From assembly GCF_020745735.1 (NCBI RefSeq), contig NC_083412.1, forward strand, positions 17,912,235 to 17,976,234: a stretch of 64,000 nucleotides of DNA, read 5' to 3'. The notes beneath the pieces were generated by a model. The model saw nothing but the letters and a program-made list of their open reading frames with translations. It searched no databases and was not told where the DNA came from. This DNA comes from Hemiscyllium ocellatum. Its lineage: Eukaryota. The translations under genes were made by a program, and so were the position numbers. This document shows positions 34,671 through 48,304 of the stretch, one piece after another (position 1 is the first letter of the stretch; every line of letters begins with the position of its first letter).

Positions 34671-37600
34671 ACCATGGGAACAATAAAATTGCAACTCAGA
34701 AGGCAAACTGCAGTCATCCTCCCTTTCGATAAGGAATGATTTTAAGAGCCAGGCAAACAAAAGAAGATTCCCTGTGTTACCAATTGCTGCTCACCAGGTC
34801 TACCTTAACCCTTTGAAAGTAAAATTTTGATGCACCCAATTGCGCAAAGAATCCACGGGAGTTATTTTAACAAGACGTTAAAAATGTAACAATAATTAAA
34901 AATGCAGAGCGGAAATCCGTGCCCTGGAGCTTTCAAACTGGTGCAGTTCTTTTGAAAAATCACATTTATCGCCCATGGTGCTTTGCCAGGGATGAGTTAT
35001 ATAATCAGTATTACTGGCAACTGTTAATTAGCAAAGAAATAGCCCACAGGGAGTATAGAAGTTGCTTCAGAAGCAGCTTAGTGTATGTATGAGAGCGAGA
35101 CTGCAGCAAGGGAAGGGTTTTATTATTCAGAAGACGCCTCTTGCTGTGGACTGAGGCTTGACTATTAAATAGTTCATTTAAATACTATCTGACTTTCAGA
35201 AGTTAAGATTTATTTCACATGACGTTATTTCAATGTACGTTAACTGGCATTTGAAGGTCAGGTTTTGTTTGTGTTGTCCCTTACACATGCCTTTGAGCAT
35301 GGATATCTGTTTTGGGTTCAGAAATAGCAATATGCGTTATTTGGAAGGAGCACTGCCTTTGACTACTGGCATGGTTGAGGTAGCCTTGCAAAGCTAATTA
35401 CTGTCAACGAACCTCAAACTCAAAGGGCAAACGTGATAGCTGCAGAATCAGTGCAAGTGAGTGTGGCACAAACACATAGAGCTGAATTAAGCTTACATGT
35501 CCCCTGTGAGTAGAGAGAAGAGCTTAGCTGAAGGTCAGATACTCTTAGATTGGGAGTCCAGGGTCCAATTTTACATTCAGCTATGCCAGCCCTTATACTC
35601 GCACTTATTAGGGACTTTCTCATGGTTTTGCAAACAAATTTTTCAGAAAAAAAATCCCTGTAGAAATGTGGGACTGATTTGAACAGGACAATTAATTTTG
35701 CATCTCTTGTCATGCCCTATAAAAGCATGCCAGGTCTATAACTTTAAACAAGGGTGTTCCAATGCACGATACTCTCCAATGGCTTTTACTTTCAGAAGTG
35801 GACATTGAAAGATTAACAAGATGGCGGCTGAGGGTCAGGTGACTGAAGCATTTCCGAGTCTCTGGAGATTCTTATTTATGGTTGTGGGTGTGGAGGCTCT
35901 CCTGGATGGATGTACCAAGATGAAAAAAACATGTTTTTGAAGTTTACACTTCTGATTGATTGTGAACTTATCAAGGCTCAACAGATGCTCAGAATTACTG
36001 CTTCAAAGAACCGCTATCTCGTAGCATGAAACAATCCATAGTGTCCAGGAATGTGTCGGTTAGCCATGGGAAATGTAGGGGGATGGGGTCTGGGCAGATT
36101 GCTCTTCGGAGGGCTGGTGTGGACTCATTGGGTGTTTCCACACTGTAGGGATTTGATGAATAGAAGCATGATTATATGGTCATTTGGCCTCTCTGACTGC
36201 ACATGATGAATCTTACTACCCCAAGACCCAGGGAGTCTGTAGACTATGTCACAAAAAGAAATACAGCAGCACCAACTGAGTCAGCAACATTTATGGCTTA
36301 ACTTAAGAGACTGCAAGACCATGAAGTGTCCAAATTTGTTCTTTCTCAAGTTGACTGTACTGATAAAACTATCTCCTAGTAATAACATTCTGAGCAACTA
36401 GCTTTGCAACTTGCTTAAAATGGATATGATAGGTTGGAAAGCATCCTTCAGTGCTAGAACCGTCGAATGGCACAAAAAGATATTGATTGTCCTGTTTTGT
36501 CTTTTATGTTGTCATCATCTCACACTTCCAACTGGTTTCTTAGTGAGAATTATTTGAACTAGAATGAGGTAAGGCAAGGTCAACTACTGACTGATTCCAT
36601 TTGAAGTCCTGGTACATGAAACCCTGACCCTATATCACCCACCATTCCCTCTGAGCATGTCGATCTTTGTCTCTGTCACTCACTTATTCATAACTTACAG
36701 CCTCTGTCCATCTCTCCATAGTTAGGGAAGGTCTTACCTGGGCTTCTCTCTGCACACATGGATCATATCAATGTTGTTATGACTGTCTGTGTTTTCTAGG
36801 GCTAATGCAGGACCTCCCAAGAGCCATCACATTATTTTCCCGAAAGAATGATTGCCTCCATCTGCAAAGCAGCTCCCCGATGAGAATGGGATGGTTAGAT
36901 CTCCCCTGGCTAATAATGTGCTGACGTTTATCTCTCTCTCTCGATACCAATGTCTGGATCTACGATTCTCAGGGCTATCCTCCAGAGAGATTATAATTGG
37001 CAGGACATCTGAGGATTCACAGTTGCTGCAAATCCCTGGAGCATTTCCCGGATGCAATTAACAATCCTGTCAGCCACTACATGGGACAGGTCTGCTATAC
37101 ATATGTGATGAAAAGAGCTCTTTACATTTGATGTCCTTCCTTTTGTCTGTGCATGTATTTTGAGTCCTACTTCCACACCATCTCTGTATTTTATCTGTTC
37201 TTTCTGCCTTCTCTGTTTTCTGCAGCTAACTCCCCTCCCATTCAGCCTCCCAAAAACTGGACAAGGAGAGGCCAAGTAAAAAAAAATGAATGTCAGGCAA
37301 GTGGTAAGAGGCAGAGAGAGAAAGAGGGTGGGAATGAAGAGTTTGTTGTAGTGGAGGAAGGCAGACTCACGAAGTGAGTGGACATCTGGCCAAGAAACAA
37401 ATAATAGGTACATAAAGCGTTCCTAGAGGATGGAGTTTCAAATATCTACATCGACAACACCCAGGAAGAAACAGAGGTGGAGCTACTGGCGGGGCACAAG
37501 ACGCATGTAGACCTGGTGCAGAAAACGCAAGCACAGATTGTAGGCCGTTGGATGTCAAAGAGAAGGCTACAGAAATGGAGTAGGATGTTTAAAACTCTAG

Positions 37601-37714
37601 GAACAGATGGAGAGATATTTAAAGCAAGACTTAGACATAATTTGCAGTAGTTTATTTGCCTGTTTTCTACTTAACAATTTACAAGTTACAATATTAGCGT
37701 TGAACAGGAGACTC

Positions 37715-38845
37715 ATAGATTCTAGGACTCATAGAGTCACAGATGTACAGCAAGGAAACAGACCCTTCAGTCCAACTCGTCCATGCCAACCAGATATCCT
37801 AGATTAATCTAGTCTCATTTGTCAGCACTTAGCCCATATTTCTCTAAACCCTTCCTATTCATGTACCCATTCTGATGCCTCTTAAGTGCTGTAATTGTAC
37901 CAGTCTTTACCAACTCCTCTGGCAGCTCATTCCATACACGGACCACCCTCTGTGTGAAAAAGTTGCCCCTTAGGTCCCTTGTATATCTTTCCCCTCTCAC
38001 CCTAAACCAGTGCCCTCCGATTCTGGACTTCCCACCCCAGGGAAAATATCTTGTCTATTTATCCTATCCATGCCCCTCATGATTTTATAAACCTCTATAA
38101 GGTCACCCCTCAGCCTCTGACGCTCCAGGGAAAACAGCCCCAGCCTGTTCAGGCTCTCCCTATAGCTCAAACCCTCCAACCCTGACAACATCCTTGTAAA
38201 TCTTTCCTGACTCGTCATAAATTTATACAGCTTGAAAACAAATCCTTCAGTCTAACCAGTCCATGCTGACCAGGTTTCCCAAACTAAACCAGTCCCATGT
38301 GCCTGTATTTGGCCCATATTCCCCTAAACCTTTCCTTTCCTATCCACATAACTGTTCAATGTCTTGTAAATATTGTAACTGTATCTGCACCTACCACTTC
38401 ATCTGACAGTTCATTCTATCTGTGACCCACCCTTTATGTGAAAATGTTGCCCCATGTCCCTTTTAAACCTTTCCCCTCTCACCTTAAACCTACACCCTCT
38501 AGTTTTGAACCCCAGTCTAGGGAAAAGACTTTTGCTATTCACCTTATCTATGCCCCTTATGATTTTATAAAAGTCTATAACATTCAATTTCTTACATTCC
38601 AGCAAAACAGTCCCAGACTATCCAGCCTCTCCTTATACTCAAACCCTCCAGTCCCAGTAACGTCCTTGTAAATCTTTTCTGCATCCTTTCCAATTTAGTA
38701 GTGCCCTTCTTATAGCAGGGCAACCAGAACTGTACACAGTACTCCAAATATCACCTCTCCAACATCCTGTACAATTGCAACATGACATCCCAACTCCTAT
38801 ACTCAATGGTCTGAGCAATGAAGGCAAGTGCGCTAAACGCTTTCC
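37715..38845 (-). mobile_element. Two adjacent HER1/CR1 3' fragments
   Basis: ERFTRMLSGLEGLSYRESLNRLGLFSLERQRLRGDLIEVYK. The second copy starts near 38210. Confidence 0.9.
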
Positions 38846-39189
38846 CTGCATGGGAAGTTTTGTTGCTTGCACATTGTCTGCCTCATTTATCAATAGGTCA
38901 GGTCACTACCTTTCCAAAAGTAACTCATGAACTAAAAAGTCCTTTCGAGTGTGTTGAAGACTTCAGAGAAGAATATGAGAGGTATACTTGATATCCTGAC
39001 ACAAAAAAACAGATGGAGAACATTTTGTACCAGATCTCATGAATCCAGGCTCCCAGCACAGAGTTTTGAGAGATGTTGGAGTGTGAAATGATTCCTCCTC
39101 CAATTTGATAGTCCAGGACTGTGATAAACATAGGAGCTATCTCAGGTCTGGGTGTGAGGCTGATCAAAAAATACGTTAATATTCATTTA

Positions 39190-39515
39190 CAGGACGATGC
39201 TCAGGCCAGAATTTATTGCCCATTCCTAATTGCCCAGAGGGCAGTTAAGAGTCAACCGTGTTGTTGTGGGTCTGGAGTCACGTGTAGGCCCAGACCAGGT
39301 AAGGACAGTAGTTTCCTTCCCCAAAGGACATTAGTGAGCCAGATGTGATTTTCTGACTATTGTTTCATGGTCATTGTCAGACCTCTAATTCCAGATTTTT
39401 ATTGAATTCAAATGTTACCGTCTACCATGGCAGGATTCGAATCTGGGTTCCCACAATGTTACCTGGGTCTCTGGATTAACAGTCCAGCAATAATACTGTT
39501 AGGTCATCACTTCCC
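39190..39515 (-). mobile_element. Unnamed tRNA-derived SINE, near full length
   Basis: Reverse B box ggattcgaatc near 39434. Tail tttattgcccattcctaattgccc. Confidence 0.75.
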
Positions 39516-40424
39516 CATGTAGGCGAAGGGCTGGAGGAGTGAAGGGGTTAGGAGGACCTGGTGAGCCCAGAGTTCAGAGGCTGATTTGGCGGGCAGTGAG
39601 GGTCTCAGAGATGGGAACGCAGGTCGAGGGAAATGAGGATAAACATTAAACTCATCCCTCCTTAGTTCAAGAAAGTGCAAGGGGTTGAACAACAGTCTGG
39701 AATTTCCCCTGTACATTGCAAAACCTGTATTCGCTTCGGCAAAGCTCAATTTGATAAAGTTTGAAATGATCACCTTAGGTTTCAATAATTGAGTTGGTGC
39801 AAGACTGAGCGAATCATCAAGACTTTCGGAAAATGAGACTGTGGATTACAAAGCACTTATGAGTTTAACAAGCTCAAGGAATCTGTGGAAATGTTTAAAT
39901 CCTGTGAGAATGCTACAAGGCAATACTCTCCTGACCAAAGAAAGCACTTAAATGTTGATATTGGAAGGAGCAAAATTTATTTTGTCTGTTAAAGGTAATC
40001 AGGACATGTAACTAAAGGGAATAAATAACGTAATTGCTCACGTACAATCCGCTCCTGGCATATGGAATAAAGAGATAAATAATAATGAGGTACAGCAAGT
40101 GAGGGAACAGAGGAAAAGGGTGGAGACAGGGAATGGATGGGGGAGGGATGAGGAAGAGCTGGGAAGGGGAAGGCTGAGAAGTGATGGGAGACGATAAGAC
40201 AAATTGCTTGAGCTGACTTATACCAGGAACATGTACATATCAGCATTCATAATGCTAAACAGATTGTAGCTTTTGTCTTTATGAGCTGCGCATTACATAG
40301 CACTCAGGTAGAGCAGAGAAGACCATCTGGTGGAGATGTTCGCACACTCCTAACAGCACCCCTGCCTTTTATTCACTCCAATCACCAAACATCTACCAGA
40401 TCATGCTTTTGCTTTCCATTTGGA

Positions 40425-40755
40425 ACATTCCTGGTAAGGCCAGCAGTCATTGCCCATCTGTTATGGCTCTTGAACTGAGTGGTTTGCCTTTTCAGAGGGC
40501 TGTTAAGAGTGAACCACATCATTGTGGGTCTGGAGTCATATGTAGGCCAGATCCGGGTAGGCGTGGCAGATTTCCCACTCAAAGGGCATTAGTTGCATTT
40601 TTTTAGAATCAATGACAGTTTCAAAGTCACCATCACTGACAGCAGCTGTATACTCAGGTTTATCTTTTAATTAATTGTTGCCATGGTTGGAATTATGTCC
40701 CTTTCCATAGAGTTTTAGCCTGTCCAATGACATTACCATGACACCACTGTCTCCC
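40425..40755 (-). mobile_element. Unnamed tRNA-derived SINE
   Basis: Homologous to the 32425 and 39190 copies. Confidence 0.7.
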
Positions 40756-40839
40756 CCTTAAACCTAATACACTGCTCCTTAATGCTTTGAGGCCCTTTGT
40801 ACAGTGGGGTGTCAATGTCCAACAGTAGCAGAATGCCCG

Positions 40840-41420
40840 TGTCCTTGATCATTGTTTCTTCTGAAAACCTCACCTGCTTCGCCAATGCCCTTGAGGGAGG
40901 GAAATCTGTCATCCGTACCTCATCTGACACGTGACAATGGACCCACAACACTGTCAGCTACCTCAAACCGTTCTCTGAAATGGCCGAATCAACTACTCAA
41001 TTGTAACAGACCACTCCAAAGTCGAAAACAAGGAATGAAACTGGACAGACTGCCTGGCAATGATGAGAAACCATAACTGCTGTGTTGATCCTGCACTGTC
41101 CCCCTCACGATTATCTGGGAGCGTTGTCTCGCAGCAACACCCTGCCACAGAGTCCTACTCTGCAGACAATGCCCCAGACATCACCATCCCTGGATATGTC
41201 CAGTCCTATTGGCAGGACAGACCCAGCAGAGGTGGTGGCACAGTGGGATGCATTCGGGAAGGAGTTGACTTGGGAGTCCTTAACATTGACTCTGGATCCT
41301 GTGAAGTCTCACAGCATCAGGTCAAACATGGGCAAGGAAGCCTGTTTGTTATCAACTACCAGCTGCCTCAATCCACCTTCAGCTGATTGAATCTGTGCTC
41401 CTCCGTATCCTCCCAACACT
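40840..41420 (+). mobile_element. 5' part of an APE LINE (endonuclease remnant)
   Basis: TESYSADNAPDITIPGYV..QDRPSRGGGTV..REGVDLGVLNIDSG..QVKHGQG. Confidence 0.75.
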
Positions 41421-41636
41421 TGGTGGGAGCAAGGGAGCAGAATGGACTCTCTGTGAACTATTAACCACTTCAATGGATTGATGATACAGAGTTTGCATTT
41501 CACCTATTTCCTGTCTTTGTCTTTGTGAGTTGTATGGGGGTAAGTCCTCAAGACCTCATCATCTCAGAGATAGTATTCTACAGAGATAGTATTCTCCCAG
41601 TCGGGATTTTGACCAGGAAAGAACCGTGGTTGCTTT

Positions 41637-41850
41637 CAATCAGAAACTGAAACAGAAGATGCTGGAAAAGCTCAGCAGATCTGACAGCATCTGTGAAGAG
41701 AAATCAGAGTTAATGTTTCGGGTCCGATCGCCCTTCCTCAGGACAGTTCTGAAGGAAGGTCACCTAACCCAAGCCATTCACTCTGATTTCTCGTCATGGG
41801 CTGCCAGACCTGCTGAGCTTTTCCAGCAACTTCTGTTTATGGATTTAGAT
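41637..41850. mobile_element. PLE family C inverted pair
   Basis: Minus arm reads cctgaggaaggg.gatcggacccgaaacattaac (hammerhead-like). The plus arm is degenerate. Confidence 0.7.
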
Positions 41851-41859
41851 TGAGCTCAT

Positions 41860-43070
41860 TGTTCAGCCTTCTCTTCCTGCATTTTAAGTTTTCTTTCCAC
41901 AGTAGAACAGTGAGATTTTAGCTCCACTAATTCATACAAAAGTGAACCATTCCCTTCTTCATTCATGTATGGTTCTGCGAGTGATTCTTGACCAGTCTGC
42001 TGCTGTTTCTGTGTTGTACCCAATGTCTGACTATTCAAACTGTGATTAGTACAAGCTCTATCTGCACTCTCTGGTCTAGCAACATCTACAGGGTGGATTG
42101 ATCATCCTCGTACTCCAGTACAATTGATTCTGCACATGGAATTTATGAATTGTTGAGTATAGATGGTTTTACATTTGTAGGTCGTGTCATGGCTACTCAT
42201 GTCTGTGGATATAGTTCTTTCCAAGTTCACACGCTCATGTGTCAACCTTAGCCAATAACAAACAGGTAGCAGTTTACTGAGGGCAGATTATTTAAAATTT
42301 TGCAAACAGTATGACGATATTGCTCCTTTCTACAAGATTGACAGAGTGAAATATGTGTTCACCATTCTTTATTTCATCATGGGCATCGTCAGATGCTGAT
42401 TATTTTATGTAGCTGAGATACACTGCTGTCTGGGTCAGTGCACAGCTCTTTATATCTGGCCCAGTCTTTACTCCAGTGCACTGCCTCTGTCAATGGCCTT
42501 TCTTTGTCACATGTCTTACAAAATTGATTGAAAGCTGGTCATTTCCTTGGTGCGTGCAGAAGACCACATCTTCCACATGTCTTGCTGTTCAAAAGGTTGT
42601 GTCGTTCGTCAATTTTGTACTTGGGACCTGACACTTCATCAACCTGCGAAGATTGTTCAGTAGCTAACCAATACTATAAGGATTAATTTTGTCCAGCAAC
42701 TCTTTCTGGAAGGCTACCATGACAGTCAATGCAATCACCAACTCAACAATTCTGTTTGTTGGCATCTCATTAAAAAGATCACATAACGATCACATGGCCC
42801 TAAGTCTAGTCTAAGGATTCAGTGGCCTCTGTCCAACTGACATAAATTCTATCCAATAAATATATATATTTAATTGGACACTGAGTTGGTCTTTTGAAGG
42901 ATAAATTTTGAAGATGCTTTAATTATTCAGATTTTTTTTCTGGCATGCTATGTCTATGTAGACCTTAAATTCCCCCATTGCTAAACAAGACGATAGCTCT
43001 TAAAACATTGTTCAACCATTTTGCATTTTGTTAGAAGGTTGACTGTGTCCCACTTTAAACTAGAAAATGC
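41860..43070 (-). pseudogene. Decayed Ty3/Gypsy (Mag-like) gag region
   Basis: Minus strand about 42580-42478 reads CGRCGLLHAPRK*PAFNQFCKTCDK, then after a frameshift KGH*QRQC: a double zinc knuckle with stops. Outer boundaries are uncertain. Confidence 0.65.
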
Positions 43071-44059
43071 TGTGTTCCTTTTGACAATATGCCTTTGCCC
43101 TGACCATACGTTCAATTAATCTGGCACGCAATCTGATCACTTGTCTTTCTCAATTGAGTTAAACTGTCCTTTCAATAGTGCAAAGATCTCCTTTTTTTAG
43201 ACCATGAACTATAAATGGAAAAATGGATAGTGGTTCAAAAAGGAAAAAAATTAGTGCTAGGGGTTTGTATGCAACTTGGGGGTAAAAAAGAAGGAATGAA
43301 TCATGCATAGTGGAACAAAGAATCTCAATTGTGTCCTGAAAATCTGGCACTACCTGTTATCAAAGGATCACTGGACACAAATATTAACTGTTTTTCTCCC
43401 TAATGATTCTGCCAGACTGGCTGAGTTTCTCCAGCATTTTCAGATCTCCAGCCTTGGCAGTTCTTTGTTCTAATGCATGTTGCTTGTTCAGGGGAATTCT
43501 GCCCAGAGACAGACGTTTGATTGGCTATTCAATTGGCAGCCTCACAGATGGGAGAAACTGTAGGAGAAAGTCTCTGGAAGCCTGCAGAGGAAACATCCCC
43601 TCTCTCCCCCATTCGCTGTCGAAAGAGCAGGAAAACCAACCTTCAGAGACACTGAATGAAAGAATTCTAAAACAGAGAAAAAAAAGACCCTGGGTCCAAC
43701 TGATCAACCAGTGAGTTAAAAACTGACCATCTGATTTACAGACAGCATTTTATTATCACCGCCAAGAAGAGGACTATGAGAACAAGCCATTCTACTTTTG
43801 TGGTCTGGATTTGTGGCAGAGAACTATCTATTTTTTTCCCCACCTGTAGTATTTGTGCCAAACCACCTGTTTGTGTTATTCATGAATAAGTGTGTATTTA
43901 GATAAAAGGGGTATCGCGTAAGTTTAATAGCAATAGCTTAGAAAATAATAATCCAACTTCTTTGTCATTTTGTTAAAGTATAAGTGTTTATAATAAATAA
44001 AGTTACTTTTCCTGTTCATGATGAAACCTGGCGTACATTATTTTTGAGTTCTGAATTGC

Positions 44060-46235
44060 AGTCATTGAGTCAGACAGCATGGAAACAGACCCTTCGGTCC
44101 AAGTTGTCCATGCCAAAGAGGTTTCCTCAACTGAACTATTCCCAATTGCTTGCATTTGGCCAATATCCCTCTAAACCTTTCCTATTCATGTGTCTGTCCA
44201 AGTCTCTATGAAATGTTGGAATTGTACCGGCCTCTACCACTTCCTCTGGCAGTTCATTTCACATCTGTAATCAGTCAGTCAGGCAAAGATGTTGTCTACA
44301 TGGACTTTAATAAAGTCTTTGACAAGGTCCTTCATGGCAGGCTGATACAGAAGGTGAAGTCACATGGGATCTGCTGTGGGCTGGTCAGATGGATACAGAA
44401 CTAGCTTGGTCAAAGAAGACAGCATAGCAGTGGAAGAGTGTTCTTCTGACTGGAGATCTGTGTGCAGTGGCGTTCCACAAAGATTGGTGCTGGGACCCCT
44501 GTTGTTTAAGAACATCTGCTGCCTTCTGCAGTTACATCTCAGTGACTCACCAGTGCATTAACCACCTTAAAAGAAATCTTTTGCGCCATGTTTTGCCCTG
44601 GGATGAGACTTGCCTTGTAGTATCACCAGCTAGGATCATAATATCATATCCATTCATGGACACTCTTCCATCAACCCTCCAATCATCCAGGTTCATTCTG
44701 ATCATCTTCTGCCATCACCCACCTCTGTCCTGTGAGCTGGAACTCCCCTCAATAGTGCTCGCCTCCTCAAAAACCCTCAATTAACTTTGTGAGAAACACC
44801 CTCCCCCACACAAAGTCATGCTATTGCTGACAAGTCTTTATTCCAAATGTGAGAAAATCCTGCCCTCAAAACTTTCTCCAATAATTTCCTGTTCAACACC
44901 GGCCTGTAATTACTTTCTTAACGTCTTCATGGGCAGAATGACCTTTTGACCTTTTAAAAATATCCTTCACAGGACTGGTCAAAATTCCTCTGCTACTAAT
45001 TTATGATCCAATTTCCAAATAGCACGTGTTGTACATCTCATGTCTCAGGCTGAGTGAAGGGATGCATGCTGGGACAGTTGAGGTGAGTGCAACTTGTAGT
45101 GTAATGGGGTTGACACCAGAAGCATGCATGATAGAGACAGAGCGGAGTGTAGGCCATTCCACTCCTCAAGCCTGTTCCACCATTCAGTATGGTCGTGGCT
45201 CATCCTCAAGCTCAATACCCTAATCCCATCCTCCCCCAAAACCCTTGATCCCTTTAGCCCCAAAAGCTATATCTACTGTCTTATTGAAAACACAAAATCA
45301 CTTTCTGTGGTCATGAACTCCACTCTCTGGGTGAAGAAATGTCTCCTTACCTCAGTCCTAAAAGCTTTGCCATTTACCCTTAAATTGTGACCTCTGTCCC
45401 ATCATCAGGAACATCCTTTCTGTTCGAATGTTAGACCTGTTAGAATTTTATAGGCTTCTATGAGATACTCCCTCATTCTTTGAAAATCCAAAGAATACGA
45501 TCCTAACCGACTCAATCTCTCCTCATACGTCAGTCCTGCCATCCCAGGAATCAATTTGATAAACTTTTCACTGCACTCTCTCCATAGCAGGAACATCCTT
45601 CCCCAGATAAGGAGACCAAAATTGTACACAGTATTACAGGTATGGCCTCACCAATGCCCTGTATTATTGCAGCAAGACGTCCCCCTTCCTGAACTCAAAT
45701 CGTCTCGCTATGAAAGCGAACATACAGTTTGCCTTCTGTACTGCCTGCTGCTCCTGCACGCTTACCTTCAGCGATTGGTGCACAAGGGCATTCAGGTCTC
45801 ATTTGAATATTCCCCTCCATCAATCAGCAACCATTTAAATAATAATTTGCCTTCCTAGTTTTGCCATCAAAATGGATAATCTCACATTTATCCGCATCAT
45901 CCTGCATCTGCCATGCATTTGCCCACCCTCTCATCCTATCCAAATCACATTACATCATCTCTGTGTCCTCCTCACAGCTCACTCTCCCACCCAGCTTCGT
46001 GTCACCTGCATCATCTGACGTATTACATTTAGTTTCCTCATCTAAGTCACTAGCACATATTGTGAATAGCTGGGGTCCTAGTACTGAACCCTGAGGGTCA
46101 CTCCTTGTCATTCAAAGACAAAAGAGTCCCATTCATTCTTACTCCTTGCTTACTGCCTGATAATCATCTCAATACACAATCCCCAGTGCTTTTAATTTGA
46201 CACATTAATCTCTTATGCGGGACTTTATTGAAAGA
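44060..46235. mobile_element. Cluster of CR1 fragments in both orientations
   Basis: DVVYMDFNKVFDKVLHGRLIQKV and GVPQRLVLGPLLF (+, 44280-44510). KFIKLIPGMAGLTYEERLSRLG (-, 45130-46235). Confidence 0.8.
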
Positions 46236-46295
46236 TGGTGATGACAGAACAATGATTACAGAGCCACATGGCTAGTTGGCGCGTTGGAGGTAGCA

Positions 46296-46523
46296 TCTAG
46301 ATTAGAGTGGTGCTGGAAAAGCACAGCAGTTCAGGCAGCATCTGAGGAGCAGGAAAATCGACATTTCGGGCAAAAGCCCTTCATCAGGAATACCTGATGA
46401 AGGGCTTTCACCCGAAACGTCGATTTTCCTGCTCCTCGGATGCTGCCTGAACTGCTGTGCTTTTCCAGCACCACTCTAATCTAGACTCCGGTTTCCAGCA
46501 TCTGCAGTCCTTGTTTTTATCTA
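46296..46523. mobile_element. PLE family A inverted pair
   Basis: Perfect 13-bp TSD gttggaggtagca at 46283-46295 and 46524-46536. Hammerhead cores are back-to-back, 7 nt apart. Confidence 0.85.
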
Positions 46524-48304
46524 GTTGGAGGTAGCAGCAGTACGCATGAAGATACAATGGTGCACATTCTTTACTGCAAATAATAACAGGCGATTGATTA
46601 CACATGGGCTAAAACAGCATATATCTGGGAAACTAGACAACTCCAAATAACCCTGTCCACTCCAGTCACACGAAACAGGGGCTGCTTGTCGGAAATGTGG
46701 CAAATTATTGAATTAACATTGGGGAATTAATGAGAACAAAATTTCATTTTAGCTTTGCATTTTTTCCAACATTAAAAATCTGAGTTGAATGAAAGTGCTG
46801 GTGCAAATGCTTGAGCATTCCTGAAGGAGCATGCTTCTAAACCATTTGGTAATGGGGTCATCAGTTTGATTTCTTCAGTATTTGTCTTTTGTTCTTGGTG
46901 CTTTTAACAATTGATGTCTTATTCCCTCTGGTGTAGACAGAAAATATTAACTATTATCTGGAATACAATTTGCAAAGCCTGACATCAGTCTTCCTTCACT
47001 TGTCATGTGCTTTTAATCAATGCTATATTTGAGTTGACAGTCTTTTAAACTGTACGTTTGCTCTGACGAGATTTCAAGCTAGAGCGTTTTTGTGTCTTTC
47101 ATCTATTTGGTGATCTCGGAAACCCAGTCATTATTGCAAAGAGAACGTCAGGCTCATTCTTCGATGAAGGTGTTTGCTTATTCTTCACAAGGGCCAAGGT
47201 TAAATTGTCAATATTCTATCACACCTTTGTCTGAGACATCAGTTTGCTTTCTTCCTCACAGAATAAGACTGCTTCCCTGTTAAGCTGGGCTTTTTAAAAT
47301 TTAAAGCTTATGCCTCAATCGTCTAAGGTTGAAGCCCCAAAGACATGATTAATATCCACAATCCAATTATCAATGTTGGATTGAAAACCATGAAAAAGGG
47401 TCAATTTTAACTCGGGGTGGGGGACGTGAGAAACGAGGGTGTGGTGGGGGAAATTGGCAGCGCATCTTTCTGCTTCCAAGAGTGTGAGGCCCAAGAGATT
47501 TAAAATCCCAAGCCTCATTGAACAGCCCCCGAGTCCAACTCCCAACTCAAACCAATGGCAATGGCATCACGATCAACTGGTGGGAGCCAAAATCGATGTC
47601 GGATTCAGACAAACATGGGGAAAGTACAGAATCAGTGCAGTAAATACAGATGGAGTTCGAATTCCACAGAGAGTGTGCAATGAGTAGAAAAAGGTCCAGC
47701 AAAGGGCTTCTGGTTAGAAGATTTAAACATATTGTGATATGATTGGATAATATAATCTCATGTATTAGTTTTAATAAGATTGGATACTATACTCTTGTGT
47801 ACTAACCTGGCCTGTAGACTACGTGTACACCATTGGATAGATACGTGGCTGAGTAACTGTTGTCTATAGAAAATGTATAAAACCATTGTTTTGGTAGTAA
47901 AGTTTCAGTTATGCACCATCTTCGATAGCTACAGCTCCCATGCATGCATGAATAAAAGTTCAAACATGTGGCACAATTCAGGCAGAGTTTGTGAGGATTG
48001 GGATATTACCATGTCTCAAACCCTCTACCGAGCACCCCCTCCCACCCGTACACCTTACCTCACAGCATTCCCATCAGCCATAACATCCCGAATGCTGAGA
48101 TATCGTAGGGAGGGTTGGACTGCCACTTTGCGGATATCCATTCTCTTCCAGTTTGCAGTCAAGAGGGATTGTGTTGAGGGGCTGCTCTGCTCCTGCTGGT
48201 GGTTAGTTCAAACCAAGCTCTGAATTAAACACCAGCCATGAACTGGAAAGGCTGCTGGAAGCAGACTCAGCAATGACCTTCGTAGTGAAACTGGACAAAT
48301 ATAT

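Noticed and set aside
43470-44050. Possible additional solo LTRs (also about 4000-4520 and 47730-47975)
   Set aside because: Only generic AATAAA/TATA-like features. No second copy or TSD is visible in the window.
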